A DNA stretch of 64,000 bases from Clostridiales bacterium (GTDB lineage: Bacteria; Bacillota; Clostridia; Oscillospirales; CAG-272): the NCBI GenBank assembly GCA_003150035.1, contig QALR01000018.1, positions 101,259 to 165,258 of the forward strand. Reading direction: 5' to 3'. The position numbers and the translations under genes were made by a program. Below the pieces are notes generated by a model. The model worked only from the letters and a program-made list of their open reading frames with translations, made no database searches and was not told the origin of the DNA. Of this stretch, positions 43,487 to 54,107 are shown one piece after another; within the stretch, counting starts at the first letter, position 1, and each line of letters begins with the position of its first letter.

Positions 43487-46303
43487 CTATTCCAGAATTT
43501 TTTTCAGATACTGCCCCGTATAAGAGCGCTCGCAAGCAGCAACCTCTTCCGGCGTTCCCGCGGCCACGGCTGTCCCGCCTCCGTCCCCGCCCTCGGGTCC
43601 GAGGTCGATGATATAATCCGCCGTCTTGATGACGTCGAGGTTATGTTCAATCACAAGCACCGTATTTCCACTCTCACAAAGCCGATTCAGGATAACTAGC
43701 AGCTTTGCCACATCGTCCGTGTGCAGTCCCGTCGTCGGCTCGTCGAGGATATAAATCGTTTTTCCCGTGCCGCGCCGGGAGAGCTCCGTTGCCAGCTTCA
43801 CCCGCTGTGCCTCTCCGCCGGAAAGCGTCGTCGAAGACTGTCCAATCTTGATATAGCCAAGTCCTACATCGTAGAGCGTCTGAAGCTTTCGTAAAATTTT
43901 CGGATGGTTTTCAAAAAAGGAAAGCCCCTCCTCAACGGTCATGTCCAGAACGTCGAAAATATTTTTTCCTTTATATTTCACCTCAAGCGTCTCGTGATTA
44001 TACCGCTTGCCGTGACAGGTATCACAGGTGACATATACATCCGGCAAAAAATGCATTTCGATGCAGCGCACACCGTCCCCCTCGCACATTTCGCAGCGCC
44101 CGCCCTTGATATTGAAGGAAAAACGACCCGCGGTATAGCCGCGCGCCTTGGCGTCAGGCGTCATTGCGAACAGCTCTCGGATATCCGTGAACAGTCCCGT
44201 ATATGTCGCGGGATTCGAGCGCGGCGTGCGCCCAATCGGGCTCTGGTCAATGGAGACGACCTTATCAAGGTTCTCCATTCCGTCAATTCTGTCGAATTTG
44301 CCGGGATAGGTCGCCGCCCGATTCAGCTTTCTGGCAAGCTCCCGCAGCAGCACGGCATTCACAAGCGAGGATTTTCCCGAGCCGGAAACACCCGTCACGC
44401 AGGTAAACGTTCCAAGCGGGAAACGAACCGTCAGATTTTTCAGATTGTTTTCGGCGGCGCCGACGACGGTGAGCCACTTCCCGTTTCCGGGGCGTCTTTT
44501 CGCCGGGACCGGAATCTTCTTTTTTCCGGAAAGATACTGCCCTGTGAGCGAACGCTCGCAGGCCATCACCTCCTGCGGCGTTCCGGCGGCGACCACCTCG
44601 CCGCCGTGGATGCCGGCGCCGGGACCGATATCCACAATATAATCCGCTGCGAGCATGGTTTCCTCGTCATGCTCGACGACGATCACGGTATTGCCTGTAT
44701 CGCGCAGCTGCTTCAGTGTAGCGATCAGCTTGGAATTATCACGCTGATGAAGTCCGATGCTCGGTTCGTCAAGGATATACATCACGCCGACAAGCGATGA
44801 CCCGATCTGCGTTGCGAGCCGGATGCGCTGCGCCTCTCCGCCGGAAAGCGTTCCCGCTTTTCGCCAAAGCGTCAGATAATCGAGCCCGACGCTCCTGAGA
44901 AAGCCAAGCCGCGCACGAATTTCTTTCAAAATTTCCTTGGCAATCTGCTGCTCCGTCGCGTCCAGCGTAAGAGCTTCAAAAAATTCAAGCTCACGCGTCA
45001 CGTTCAACGAGCAAAGCTCGTAAATATTCAAGCCTCCGACCGTCACGGAGAGCGTCTCGGGCGATAGCCTTTTCCCGTGACAGACAGGGCATGGCGTAAA
45101 GTCCAAAAAGTCGTTGTAATATTCGTTGCCAGACTGCTCGATGCGGGATTCGATGATGTTCAAGATGCCGTTCCACGAGGAATAGGTTTCCCGTCCCTCG
45201 CCGCCGAAATACCGCACGACGTGGTATCGCTTCGAGCCGGTTCCGCGCAGCAGCGCATGCATCGCCTCGCCGGAATACTCCCGCAGCGGCATGTCAAGCG
45301 TGAAGCCGTATTCGCGCCCGACCGCTTCAATAAGCGGCGCGTTCCAGCTTTCCTCCTCCATACTCTTGAAGCCGTTGACGGCAATCGCGCCCTCCCGCAG
45401 GGAAAGCGAAGGATCCGGAATCACTTTTCTTTCCGACACGACCTGCATCTCTCCCATGCCGGCGCACTTCTCACAGGCGCCAAACGGACTGTTGAAGGAA
45501 AACATGCGCGGGGAGAGCTCACTCATGGCAATTCCGTGCTCCTCGCAGGCATAATTTTGAGAAAAACGCATCTCCTCGTTCGTATCGGGCAGATAGACGA
45601 CCGCAATACCGCCTCCGAGAGAAAGCGCGGTTTCCAGCGAATCGGAAAGGCGGCGACGAATATCCGGCTTCATGACAAGCCGATCCACAACGATTTCAAT
45701 CGTATGCTTCTTGTTTTTGTCGAGCGTCGGAATTTCATCGAGCGCATATACATAACCATCCACGCGCACACGCGCATAGCCGTTTTTGCGGGCATCATCA
45801 AAAACCTTTTCATGCATACCCTTTTTACCGTTTACCGCGGGTGCGATGAGAAGGAATTTCGTTCCCTCGGCAAGCGACATGATCTTTTCGATAATAACGT
45901 CCGTCGGCATTTTCCGAATTTCCTTGCCGCAAACCGGACAATGCGGAATTCCGATTCTCGCATAAAGCAGACGCAGATAATCGTAAATTTCCGTGACGGT
46001 CCCGACGGTAGACCTGGGATTCTTGGAAGTAGTTTTCTGGTCAATGGAAATCGCCGGAGAGAGTCCGTCGATAAAATCGACGTCCGGTTTGTCGAGCTGT
46101 CCCAGAAACTGTCTGGCATAGGACGACAGCGATTCGACAAAGCGGCGGTGCCCCTCGGCGTATAGCGTGTCAAAAGCGAGCGACGACTTTCCGGAGCCGG
46201 AAAGTCCCGTAAAAATCACAAGCTTATCGCGCGGGATCTCCACATCTATATTTTTAAGGTTATGCACTCTCGCGCCTTTTATGCGGATGGATTTGGTTGA
46301 CAT
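43487..46303 (-). CDS. uvrA: Excinuclease ABC subunit A
   Basis: 938 aa. Two ABC modules ([18 protein letters not shown]) and zinc-finger CxxC pairs. Confidence 0.97.
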   Translation of the reverse strand: MSTKSIRIKGARVHNLKNIDVEIPRDKLVIFTGLSGSGKSSLAFDTLYAEGHRRFVESLSSYARQFLGQLDKPDVDFIDGLSPAISIDQKTTSKNPRSTVGTVTEIYDYLRLLYARIGIPHCPVCGKEIRKMPTDVIIEKIMSLAEGTKFLLIAPAVNGKKGMHEKVFDDARKNGYARVRVDGYVYALDEIPTLDKNKKHTIEIVVDRLVMKPDIRRRLSDSLETALSLGGGIAVVYLPDTNEEMRFSQNYACEEHGIAMSELSPRMFSFNSPFGACEKCAGMGEMQVVSERKVIPDPSLSLREGAIAVNGFKSMEEESWNAPLIEAVGREYGFTLDMPLREYSGEAMHALLRGTGSKRYHVVRYFGGEGRETYSSWNGILNIIESRIEQSGNEYYNDFLDFTPCPVCHGKRLSPETLSVTVGGLNIYELCSLNVTRELEFFEALTLDATEQQIAKEILKEIRARLGFLRSVGLDYLTLWRKAGTLSGGEAQRIRLATQIGSSLVGVMYILDEPSIGLHQRDNSKLIATLKQLRDTGNTVIVVEHDEETMLAADYIVDIGPGAGIHGGEVVAAGTPQEVMACERSLTGQYLSGKKKIPVPAKRRPGNGKWLTVVGAAENNLKNLTVRFPLGTFTCVTGVSGSGKSSLVNAVLLRELARKLNRAATYPGKFDRIDGMENLDKVVSIDQSPIGRTPRSNPATYTGLFTDIRELFAMTPDAKARGYTAGRFSFNIKGGRCEMCEGDGVRCIEMHFLPDVYVTCDTCHGKRYNHETLEVKYKGKNIFDVLDMTVEEGLSFFENHPKILRKLQTLYDVGLGYIKIGQSSTTLSGGEAQRVKLATELSRRGTGKTIYILDEPTTGLHTDDVAKLLVILNRLCESGNTVLVIEHNLDVIKTADYIIDLGPEGGDGGGTAVAAGTPEEVAACERSYTGQYLKKILE

Positions 46304-46330
46304 GGATATCGGCCTTTCGGTTTTTCATCT

Positions 46331-48295
46331 TTATTTTTTCAGCTTCGCAATGGAATCGCGCAGGTATGCGGCGCGTTCAAAGTCAAGAACAGCAGCGGCA
46401 GTCTTCATTTCTTTTGTCAGCTGCTCGATGAGTGTTTCCTTTTGCTTTTTTGTCAGCTTTTTATTCTTTTCCGCCTTCGTGATTTCCTCACGAGACGTAA
46501 TTTCAATGACGGCGCGCACATCCTTGTGAATGGTCTTGGGAATGATGCCGTGCGCCTCATTGTACACGGTCTGTATCCCCCGGCGGCGCTCCGTTTCGGC
46601 GATCGCGTGCGCCATGGAGCCCGTCACGGTATCGGCGTACATGATAACCGTGCCGTCCGCATTTCTCGCCGCACGGCCAATGGTTTGGATAAGCGAAGTT
46701 TCCGACCGGAGAAAGCCCTCCTTGTCGGCATCCAGAATCGCGACAAGGGAAACCTCCGGAATATCCAAGCCCTCGCGCAAAAGATTGATTCCCACCAGCA
46801 CGTCGAAAACCCCCAGACGCAGGTCGCGGATGAGTTCTTGACGCTCCATCGTTTCCACATTGTGATGGATATAACGCACTTTAATGAGATTCATCTCCAG
46901 ATATTCGCAGATATCCTCCGCCATTTTCTTGGTCAGCGTCGTCACCAGCACGCGCTCCCCACGCTCGGCACGGATGCGGATTTCCCCCATCAGGTCGTCG
47001 ATCTGTCCCTTAACGGGACGGATTTCCACCTTCGGGTCGACAAGTCCCGTCGGACGGATGATCTGCTCGACAAGTCTTGCGGAATGCTTTCTTTCATAAT
47101 CGCCGGGCGTCGCGCTGACGTAGATGACCTGGTTCAGCTTCTTCTCAAATTCATCAAAGAAAAGCGGGCGGTTGTCGAATGCCGACGGCAGACGGAACCC
47201 ATAATCGACAAGGTTCTTTTTTCTCGCATAGTCGCCTCCGCTCATGCCGCGCACCTGCGGCAGCGTAACGTGGGACTCGTCCACAAACAGAAGAAAGTCC
47301 CGCGGAAAATAGTCGAGAAGCGTATACGGCGTCGAGCCGGGCGCGCGTCCTGACAGGACGCGCGAATAGTTTTCGACTCCGGAGCAGAAGCCCACCTCGC
47401 GCAGCATCTCCATATCATATTTCGTGCGCTCCGCAATGCGCTGCGCTTCGAGAAGCTGCCCGTTCGCTTTGAAATATTCTACCCTGTCCGCAAGCTCCGC
47501 TTCGATCTCTCGAATCGCCGCTTCTTTTTTCTCGTCTGAGGTCGCATAATGGGACGCAGGATAGATGGCGGCATACGTCATAAGCCCGAGAATTTCGCCG
47601 GTGGTCGTGTTGATTTCGCAAAGACGGTCGATTTCGTCTCCAAAGAATTCCACGCGGACCGCCGTCCTGCCGGAGGCCGGCATAATATCGATGGTATCGC
47701 CCCGAATACGGAAATTGTCGCGTTCGAGCGAGATGTCGTTTCGATTATAGCTGATGGCGATCAGCTGACGCGCAAGCGCATCCATGGAAATCTGCATGCC
47801 CGGACGCAAAGCCAGCACCAGTCTCTGATACTCCGTAGGATCGCCGAGCGAATAAATGCAGGACACGCTTGACACGATGACAACATCTCGCCGTTCAAAC
47901 AAAGCGGAAGTCGCGCTGTGGCGGAGCCTGTCGATTTCATCGTTGATGGAAGAATCTTTCTCAATATACAAATCCTTGCCGGGGATATACGCCTCCGGCT
48001 GATAATAATCATAGTAGGAGACAAAATATTCCACGGCATTTTCGGGGAAAAATTCCCGAAACTCTGAGCAAAGCTGCGCGGCCAGCGTCTTATTGTGCGC
48101 AAGCACCAGCGTCGGACGGTTGCAGTTCGCGATGATATTCGCCATCGTGAACGTTTTTCCGGAACCGGTGACGCCGACAAGAGCCTGCTCGCGGTCGCCG
48201 TTCAGAACACCGCGCGTCAACGCTTCAATCGCCTCCGGTTGATCGCCGGTCGGCGCATAAGGCGAAACCAACTTAAAGCGGTCCGTATCCGTCAC
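46331..48295 (-). CDS. uvrB: Excinuclease ABC subunit B
   Basis: 654 aa. GVTGSGKT helicase motif I, DESH, and a C-terminal UVR domain. The only upstream in-frame start is a GTG that directly abuts GGAG, so the exact start is uncertain. Confidence 0.95.
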   Translation of the reverse strand: MTDTDRFKLVSPYAPTGDQPEAIEALTRGVLNGDREQALVGVTGSGKTFTMANIIANCNRPTLVLAHNKTLAAQLCSEFREFFPENAVEYFVSYYDYYQPEAYIPGKDLYIEKDSSINDEIDRLRHSATSALFERRDVVIVSSVSCIYSLGDPTEYQRLVLALRPGMQISMDALARQLIAISYNRNDISLERDNFRIRGDTIDIMPASGRTAVRVEFFGDEIDRLCEINTTTGEILGLMTYAAIYPASHYATSDEKKEAAIREIEAELADRVEYFKANGQLLEAQRIAERTKYDMEMLREVGFCSGVENYSRVLSGRAPGSTPYTLLDYFPRDFLLFVDESHVTLPQVRGMSGGDYARKKNLVDYGFRLPSAFDNRPLFFDEFEKKLNQVIYVSATPGDYERKHSARLVEQIIRPTGLVDPKVEIRPVKGQIDDLMGEIRIRAERGERVLVTTLTKKMAEDICEYLEMNLIKVRYIHHNVETMERQELIRDLRLGVFDVLVGINLLREGLDIPEVSLVAILDADKEGFLRSETSLIQTIGRAARNADGTVIMYADTVTGSMAHAIAETERRRGIQTVYNEAHGIIPKTIHKDVRAVIEITSREEITKAEKNKKLTKKQKETLIEQLTKEMKTAAAVLDFERAAYLRDSIAKLKK

Positions 48296-48340
48296 CTCCG
48301 TTTGTTTTTTGTCTCTTTTTCAAGGCCATATACTTTAATT

Positions 48341-48369
48341 AGTATATCACACTTCATTTCTATTTTCAA
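48341..48369 (-). promoter_or_regulatory. Sigma-A promoter of uvrB-uvrA
   Basis: Reverse strand TTGAAA (48369..48364), 17 nt, TATACT (48346..48341), with TGn extension. Confidence 0.65.
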
Positions 48370-48433
48370 CCTGTTTTTTACATGCAAAAAACAAATGTTT
48401 TATGTTTTTTCAAAAAAATATTTGCCGCCAAAC

Positions 48434-48461
48434 AACGAAAAGTCTCCCTTTCGGGAGACCG
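48434..48461 (-). terminator. Intrinsic terminator after sdaAA
   Basis: Reverse strand GGTCTCCC-gaaa-GGGAGAC-TTTTCGTTG. Confidence 0.8.
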
Positions 48462-48483
48462 TTATCTTTCTGAATGGATTTTC

Positions 48484-49395
48484 TCATTTGCAGCCGCCGC
48501 AGGACGTGCAGCCCGAATGCAGATTTCGCACGCTCGGCGCCATAGCGAGCCCGCCGAGCGCCGTCTCCCGCAGCTGATACGGAATGTTGCGTCCTACGCT
48601 ATACATCGCCGCCACGACCTCATCAAAGGGGACCAAGGTTTTCCCATTCGTCGCAAGCGCCGTCTCCGCGCTGATGACAGCGTTCGCCACCCCCATGGCA
48701 TTTCGTTTCTGGCATGGGGATTCCACGAGCCCGCCGATCGGATCGCAGACAAGTCCCAAAATATTGGAGATAGCGTCTCCCGCCGCGGCAAGGCATACAG
48801 CAGGGCTGCCGCCGAACAGCTCGCAAAGGGCAGACGCCGCCATGGCTGACGCGGCGCCTACCTCCGCCTGACATCCGCCCTCCGCGCCGGACAGCGTGGC
48901 GTTGCGGTCAATCAAATATCCGACAGCGCCGGCATTGAAAAGTGCGCCGATGAGCGCATCCTCTCCAAAATCATACAGCTCGTGAACCGCGACAAGAATG
49001 CCCGGAATCACACCCGCCGAGCCCGCCGTCGGCGCGGCAACGATGCGTCCCATGGAAGCGTTCAGCTCAATCACACCCATGGCATAAGCGGATGCACGAG
49101 AAATCATCCCGCCCATCGCACCTTCACGTAAGATTCTCGCCAGAAGAGCCTTGCTCTCCCCTCCGATATAGCCGCCAAGCAGCCGCATCTGCTCTGTCTG
49201 GGAACGCCCGACGCTCTCCCGCATAACCTCAAAGGATTCCCGCATCCGCTTCCATACCGCCTCGCGGGAAGAGCCAAACTTCTCCGTCTCACGCAGAAGC
49301 ATGACCTCCGAAATCGGTTTGTTTTTATCCGTACACAGAGCCAAAAGCTCTTTCCCGTTTGAAAAATCCATGATCTCCTTCATCGTACCATCCAA
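48484..49395 (-). CDS. sdaAA: L-serine dehydratase (Fe-S type) alpha subunit
   Basis: 303 aa. PTAGSAGVIPG, GGCQAEVG and GLVCDPIGGLVESPCQKRN carry the three cluster-ligand Cys. An extra C-terminal tail reads HSGCTSCGGCK. The track start is TTG 49395; ATG 49383 is an alternative. Confidence 0.92.
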   Translation of the reverse strand: MDGTMKEIMDFSNGKELLALCTDKNKPISEVMLLRETEKFGSSREAVWKRMRESFEVMRESVGRSQTEQMRLLGGYIGGESKALLARILREGAMGGMISRASAYAMGVIELNASMGRIVAAPTAGSAGVIPGILVAVHELYDFGEDALIGALFNAGAVGYLIDRNATLSGAEGGCQAEVGAASAMAASALCELFGGSPAVCLAAAGDAISNILGLVCDPIGGLVESPCQKRNAMGVANAVISAETALATNGKTLVPFDEVVAAMYSVGRNIPYQLRETALGGLAMAPSVRNLHSGCTSCGGCK

Positions 49396-50067
49396 TCACT
49401 TTACCTTGATATAAACGGCTGAAAGCACATTTTTCTGCTTGCGAAGCTCTTCGAGCGCTCCCTCGTCGAACTCGCCGTCGATTTCGATGATGGAAAACTG
49501 TTCGTCGCTCCCGTCCTCGCAGTAAACGCTCATATAAGAAATATTGACCCCGTCGTTTTCAAACACCTTGGCAACCGCCGCAATAACACCAGGCTTGTCC
49601 TTCTGACGGACAATAATGGCATTGTTTTTTGCGGAAAATTTGATTTCACACCCGTTGATTTCATGAATTTCAATTTCCCCTCCGCCAACGGACGCACCGC
49701 GCAGCGTATTGACCGCTCCATCCATCTCCGTCAGCGTGATCACAACGGTATTCGGACGATAATCCGTCTGCTCGTCGACTTCCTCAAAATCAAATTCAAT
49801 GCCTTTTTCTTTTGCAAGCTCAAAGGATTCGCGAATCCGATAATCGCTTGTATCCAATCCAAGGATTCCCGCGACAAGCGCACGGTCCGTGCCGTGTCCG
49901 CGGTGTGTTTTGGCAAAAGAACCATACAGCGCAAAATGGACCTTCGCGATCTTCTTCTTGGCAAGCAGGCCGGCAACTCTGGCAATTTTCAGCGCTCCCG
50001 CCGTATGGGAACTTGACGGACCGATCATAATCGGGCCGATGATATCGAATACGCTGATACTTCTCAT
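49396..50067 (-). CDS. sdaAB: L-serine dehydratase beta subunit
   Basis: 223 aa. N-terminal SVFDIIGPIMIGPSSSHTAGA and a C-terminal ACT-like domain. Confidence 0.93.
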   Translation of the reverse strand: MRSISVFDIIGPIMIGPSSSHTAGALKIARVAGLLAKKKIAKVHFALYGSFAKTHRGHGTDRALVAGILGLDTSDYRIRESFELAKEKGIEFDFEEVDEQTDYRPNTVVITLTEMDGAVNTLRGASVGGGEIEIHEINGCEIKFSAKNNAIIVRQKDKPGVIAAVAKVFENDGVNISYMSVYCEDGSDEQFSIIEIDGEFDEGALEELRKQKNVLSAVYIKVK

Positions 50068-50114
50068 AATTTCATGCTTCCTTTTTCATTTATCGAATGA
50101 CGGGAATAAACCCG

Positions 50115-50143
50115 GGAAAAGGGCAGTATTTCTGCCCTTTTCT
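50115..50143 (-). terminator. Intrinsic terminator after murA
   Basis: Reverse strand AAAAGGGCAG-aaata-CTGCCCTTTTCCCGG. Confidence 0.8.
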
Positions 50144-50144
50144 C

Positions 50145-51437
50145 CTATAGGATGTTCCGTTTTTTTCCCCCATCAGGGAAATATCCCTTACGGATATTGG
50201 CGCCGACGTTCCTAAATTTTGTGACAATATCGTCATAGCCGCGCTCAATCAGTCCGATCTCCTCAATTTCCGTGCGTCCCTGTGTGGCAAGCGCCGCAAT
50301 CACCATGGCGGCACCGGCACGCAGATCGCACGCTTTTACACAGGCGGGCGTGAATACCGTATTTCCTTCAATGACAGCGGTTTTGTCGTCCACCTTGATT
50401 TTCGCTCCCATACGCTGAAGTTCATCGACATAGCGGAATCGGTTGTTCCAAATGGTCTCAGACATTTGACTCGTCCCGTCCGCGAGGCACAAAAGCACCG
50501 TCATTTGCGGATTCATATCCGTCGGAAAGCCCGGGTATGGCAGCGTCTTGACATTGACAGCCGAGAGCGGACCTTTTCCGCGGGATACCATGACCGCCTC
50601 GTCGAACTCCTCAACGATAACACCCATTTCGCGCAGCTTCGCCGTGATTGTTTCCAGATGCTTGGGGATGACGTTGTTTATGTAAAGCTTGCCGCCTGTC
50701 GCAGCGGCGGCGACCATAAAGGTGCCCGCCTCAATCATATCGGGAATAATCGAATATTCACAGCCATGCAGCGTTTTCACACCATTGATTTTAATGATAT
50801 TGGTACCTGCGCCGCGAATATCGGCGCCGCAGGCATTTAAGAAGTTGGCAAGATCTACGATGTGCGGCTCTCTTGCAGCATTTTCAATGACGGTTACGCC
50901 ATCCGCCAGCACGGCGGCGATGATGGTATTGATGGTGGCGCCGACCGAGGAGCAGTCAAAATAAATGCTGCTTCCGTGCACGCCGTCCGGCGCAGTGGTC
51001 TCAATGCAGCCGCCGCCTACCGAAACTTCGGCGCCAAGTTTTTCAAAGGCCTTTATATGCAGGTCAATCGGACGAACTCCGAAGTCACAGCCCCCCGGCA
51101 GTCCCACCTTGGCGTGCCCGAATCGACCAAGCAGAGCCCCCACCAGATAGTAGGAAGCGCGCAGCTTGCGGACAAGCTCAAGAGGCGCCTCGGCGTCTGA
51201 GACGCGTGTGGTATCGATTTCCACCTTGGTGCCGGAGAGGATCCGTACATTTGCGCCTACGCTTTTCAAAATGTCAAGTGAGTCCGAAACATCGCTGATG
51301 CAGGGAAGATTTTCTATCACACAGACTCCGGAAACGACAACGCTCGCAAAAATGACGGCAACAGCGGCATTTTTCATCCCGCTCACATCGACCTTTCCGG
51401 AAAGCGGATATCCGCCGTCCACTATAATTTTCTCCAT
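50145..51437 (-). CDS. murA: UDP-N-acetylglucosamine 1-carboxyvinyltransferase
   Basis: The MurA N-terminus MEKIIVDGGYPLSGKVDVSG starts at ATG 51437. Active-site loop LPGGCDFGVRPIDLH (Cys type). The track start at 51467 adds 10 residues. Confidence 0.95.
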   Translation of the reverse strand: MEKIIVDGGYPLSGKVDVSGMKNAAVAVIFASVVVSGVCVIENLPCISDVSDSLDILKSVGANVRILSGTKVEIDTTRVSDAEAPLELVRKLRASYYLVGALLGRFGHAKVGLPGGCDFGVRPIDLHIKAFEKLGAEVSVGGGCIETTAPDGVHGSSIYFDCSSVGATINTIIAAVLADGVTVIENAAREPHIVDLANFLNACGADIRGAGTNIIKINGVKTLHGCEYSIIPDMIEAGTFMVAAAATGGKLYINNVIPKHLETITAKLREMGVIVEEFDEAVMVSRGKGPLSAVNVKTLPYPGFPTDMNPQMTVLLCLADGTSQMSETIWNNRFRYVDELQRMGAKIKVDDKTAVIEGNTVFTPACVKACDLRAGAAMVIAALATQGRTEIEEIGLIERGYDDIVTKFRNVGANIRKGYFPDGGKKRNIL

Positions 51438-51620
51438 TGTAAGCTCCATCCTGCCATACACGGCCATTCTGCCGGGTCAGGCGGTACTGATAAATTTTAG
51501 TCCGGAAACGAAAATGTCATGAAGGCCACACGGCAGTTCTCGCGCCCTACCTATTATCCGTGACAGTCGATCTGATTTCCGGAGCAAGCTCTTGTTTCAA
51601 CCGATTTTCGTTGTACAAGC

Positions 51621-51649
51621 AGTATACCATAATTTTTAATAAAAGCCAA
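51621..51649 (-). promoter_or_regulatory. Sigma-A promoter about 180 nt upstream of murA
   Basis: Reverse strand TTGGCT (51649..51644), 17 nt, TATACT (51626..51621), with TGn extension (TGGTATACT). Confidence 0.6.
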
Positions 51650-51687
51650 TATTTTTATTATAATTTTTTTAAATTTCCAGAGAAATT

Positions 51688-52608
51688 TCACGAATAAATT
51701 TCACCCAAAACACTGTTATACGTTCTGGTTTCGCCGTCCTGATAAGTCAGCTTACAAACCGGAACGTAATAGAAGGTTCCGTCCGCATCAAAATAAACCT
51801 CATAGGAATCTGTAACGGCAATAAGGACCTTGTTTTCGCGTGAAACCGCCCCGCTTTGCCGATAAATTTCATCCAAATAGTCCTTTTCAGCAAATAAAAT
51901 TTCCATAAGTCCTACAGTTTGTGCTGTCATTTTCCGCTGCGGAGATATCATGGCAAAGCGTCCGTCAGCCGAAACAATTCTCCCCTCTGAAAAAAGCATA
52001 TACAGGCGATTCCCAGTATCTCTGCCGCCAATTTTTTGTGTCACACACAAAATGCTGTCTTCGCCTGATTGATAAAATGCATCATAGGAAAGCGTATAAT
52101 GAAAGCGTGTGCGCTCCTCCACAGAAAACTGACAATGTGCTGATAAAAAGTCCTCCGCTGCGCGCTGCGCCCACGAAAAATCTCCTGAAGTATACTCCTC
52201 AAATGTTCCGTCGGCAAGAAGGGCCGACGGTCTTTCGTACTCCCCGTTTCCCTGGTAAAGAAATGTAAAATCGTTTCCAATATAAAATTCTTCCCCAGCC
52301 CCCAAAAAACTCATGCCACCGGGTCCGCTCTCCGCCGTATAGCCTTCCGCTTCCATCTTTTCTGTGAGCGCATCAAAAAATGTCTCATCCATGGCCCCCG
52401 AATATACCGGAAGGGATATTATCCTTGCCGTAAGAAAGCTTTCATCTATATATATACTGCTCTCACGGAAAATTTCTGTGGCCGCGTCGACAAGCTCTCG
52501 GTCATAATACTGGGCTGCATGCTCCCGTTCAATCAAGCTATAAAGAAAAAACACATCCATGGCAAGCAGGATCGCGATAGCGAGTATCTTCAGATTTTTC
52601 CAACTCAT
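51688..52608 (-). CDS. yycI: YycI-like regulatory protein of the WalRK-type two-component system
   Basis: 306 aa. The N-terminal anchor MSWKNLKILAIAILLAMDVFFLYSLIE resembles the B. subtilis YycI N-terminus as I remember it. It holds the fourth position in the RR-HK-YycH-YycI order. Confidence 0.6.
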   Translation of the reverse strand: MSWKNLKILAIAILLAMDVFFLYSLIEREHAAQYYDRELVDAATEIFRESSIYIDESFLTARIISLPVYSGAMDETFFDALTEKMEAEGYTAESGPGGMSFLGAGEEFYIGNDFTFLYQGNGEYERPSALLADGTFEEYTSGDFSWAQRAAEDFLSAHCQFSVEERTRFHYTLSYDAFYQSGEDSILCVTQKIGGRDTGNRLYMLFSEGRIVSADGRFAMISPQRKMTAQTVGLMEILFAEKDYLDEIYRQSGAVSRENKVLIAVTDSYEVYFDADGTFYYVPVCKLTYQDGETRTYNSVLGEIYS

Positions 52609-52626
52609 TTCAACCTCCTGATTTCT

Positions 52627-54093
52627 TTACCCTGGCACCGACACGATTTCCAAACCGTATTCCCCTCTGTTTTCTGTCACAAAATAAGCCAAAACAAGCT
52701 TTCTCTGCTCCTGTGCATCTGTCAGATAACCTCGCAACAACCACAAAAAATCAGAAATATCTGTCTGCGCCGAAAGAGGCACAATATCCCAAACAGAAAA
52801 AGAAACGCTTTTTATAACGCCCTCTGACATTTCAAAAACCAGAATATCCGCTTTTCCGTTTATAAAAACCGGAAGGCCATTATATCGATATCCAAAAGAA
52901 AGCCGCAGCGATGTGCCGTCATATTCTATTCCCGAAAGGAAAAGCGTCAGGCCTCGCATTAAGTTATTTTCTATAGGCGACAATGTATCAGCAAGAATCA
53001 ATGACGCGCCGATATAGTCAAAAATATCCGCCTCTAAAGGAAATGAATAGTCAAAAATATCTTCAAAGGGAATTCCCTCCTCACCAAGCGCCGTATACTG
53101 AATGATACCGTCCGGCGTGAAACGAACGCTTTGCCCTTCATCAAAATATGTCCGAACTCCGGCCTCATCGGTAAAAGAAGTTACCCTCTCCGGATTCATA
53201 TAAAAGGCCGTCAAAAGAGACGCCTCAAGCGAAGAATCTACCGTCCCGCGGGAAACAGAAAGAAGCCCTCCGGAAAGGCTCTGCTCATAAATCACCGTAG
53301 TATCCGCAATTTTATCCGAAAAGCCATATTTCTCCAGAAAGGCATCCGTTTCCAGCACCGCAGCAAATTCATATGGCAGTGCACTCTCTGCTGTATTATA
53401 TGAAAAATAATAATTTGTGTTAAAACTGACGTCCGTCGATGTCTGGGGCGCCTCTCTTGTCGTATAACGATAATAATGCCCCTCAGAGTCTCTCGCAACC
53501 GCATAAAAAGAATAGATAGAAGTATAAATTTGCTCACCGCCGCTCCCGACGGTGAAGCCATCCTTCAGATATCGGTCCGGAACAATAAAAATTTCCTTGA
53601 TAAATTCACCGGAAGCCCCTGAAAAAATCATCTCTGTCAGAGCTGCGCCCACGATAACAGACTTCGGCAAATCACAGGAATAGCCGATGTAGATATATCT
53701 TTCGTTCATGATGCTGCGCCATACAGCGGTCCCTTCTTCTTCCGTCATTTCGGCAACTGTACCGTCTGTTGAAAATAGCTTTTCATAGAATCTCAGCACG
53801 TCTTCATATGCCAGCCTCAGTGACTCCTCGTCGGAAAAGCCAATTTTTTCATCTGCCCTTCCATAGGAAAATCCAATAAACTCCGGCAGGGTATATGGTC
53901 TTTCAAAATATTCTAGATATTGATATTTTATGGACTCCCCGGTAAGCCGATCCATCATCGTCCTTGTAAATTCTGCCGTCTGTCCGCCCTGATAAGAAAG
54001 CATATACAAAATGCACAGGCAGACAAGCATAACAAGCAAAACCGCAACTGCTATGGTTTTGATGATCTCTAAAACCTTGTTTTCCTGACGCAT
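52627..54093 (-). CDS. yycH: YycH-like regulatory protein of the WalRK-type two-component system
   Basis: About 488 aa with a single N-terminal TM and a large extracytoplasmic part. ATG 54093 follows GGAGGGG. The assignment rests on size and position directly after the kinase gene; it has no motif-level support. Confidence 0.5.
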   Translation of the reverse strand: MRQENKVLEIIKTIAVAVLLVMLVCLCILYMLSYQGGQTAEFTRTMMDRLTGESIKYQYLEYFERPYTLPEFIGFSYGRADEKIGFSDEESLRLAYEDVLRFYEKLFSTDGTVAEMTEEEGTAVWRSIMNERYIYIGYSCDLPKSVIVGAALTEMIFSGASGEFIKEIFIVPDRYLKDGFTVGSGGEQIYTSIYSFYAVARDSEGHYYRYTTREAPQTSTDVSFNTNYYFSYNTAESALPYEFAAVLETDAFLEKYGFSDKIADTTVIYEQSLSGGLLSVSRGTVDSSLEASLLTAFYMNPERVTSFTDEAGVRTYFDEGQSVRFTPDGIIQYTALGEEGIPFEDIFDYSFPLEADIFDYIGASLILADTLSPIENNLMRGLTLFLSGIEYDGTSLRLSFGYRYNGLPVFINGKADILVFEMSEGVIKSVSFSVWDIVPLSAQTDISDFLWLLRGYLTDAQEQRKLVLAYFVTENRGEYGLEIVSVPG

Positions 54094-54107
54094 ATACCCC
54101 TCCGTTT

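Noticed and set aside
48296-48483. Looked for a LexA (Cheo) box, GAAC-N4-GTTC, upstream of uvrB, and in 46304..46330 upstream of uvrA.
   Set aside because: No GAAC...GTTC dyad is present. Only A/T-rich near-palindromes were found (ACAT...ATGT), which do not fit the consensus.
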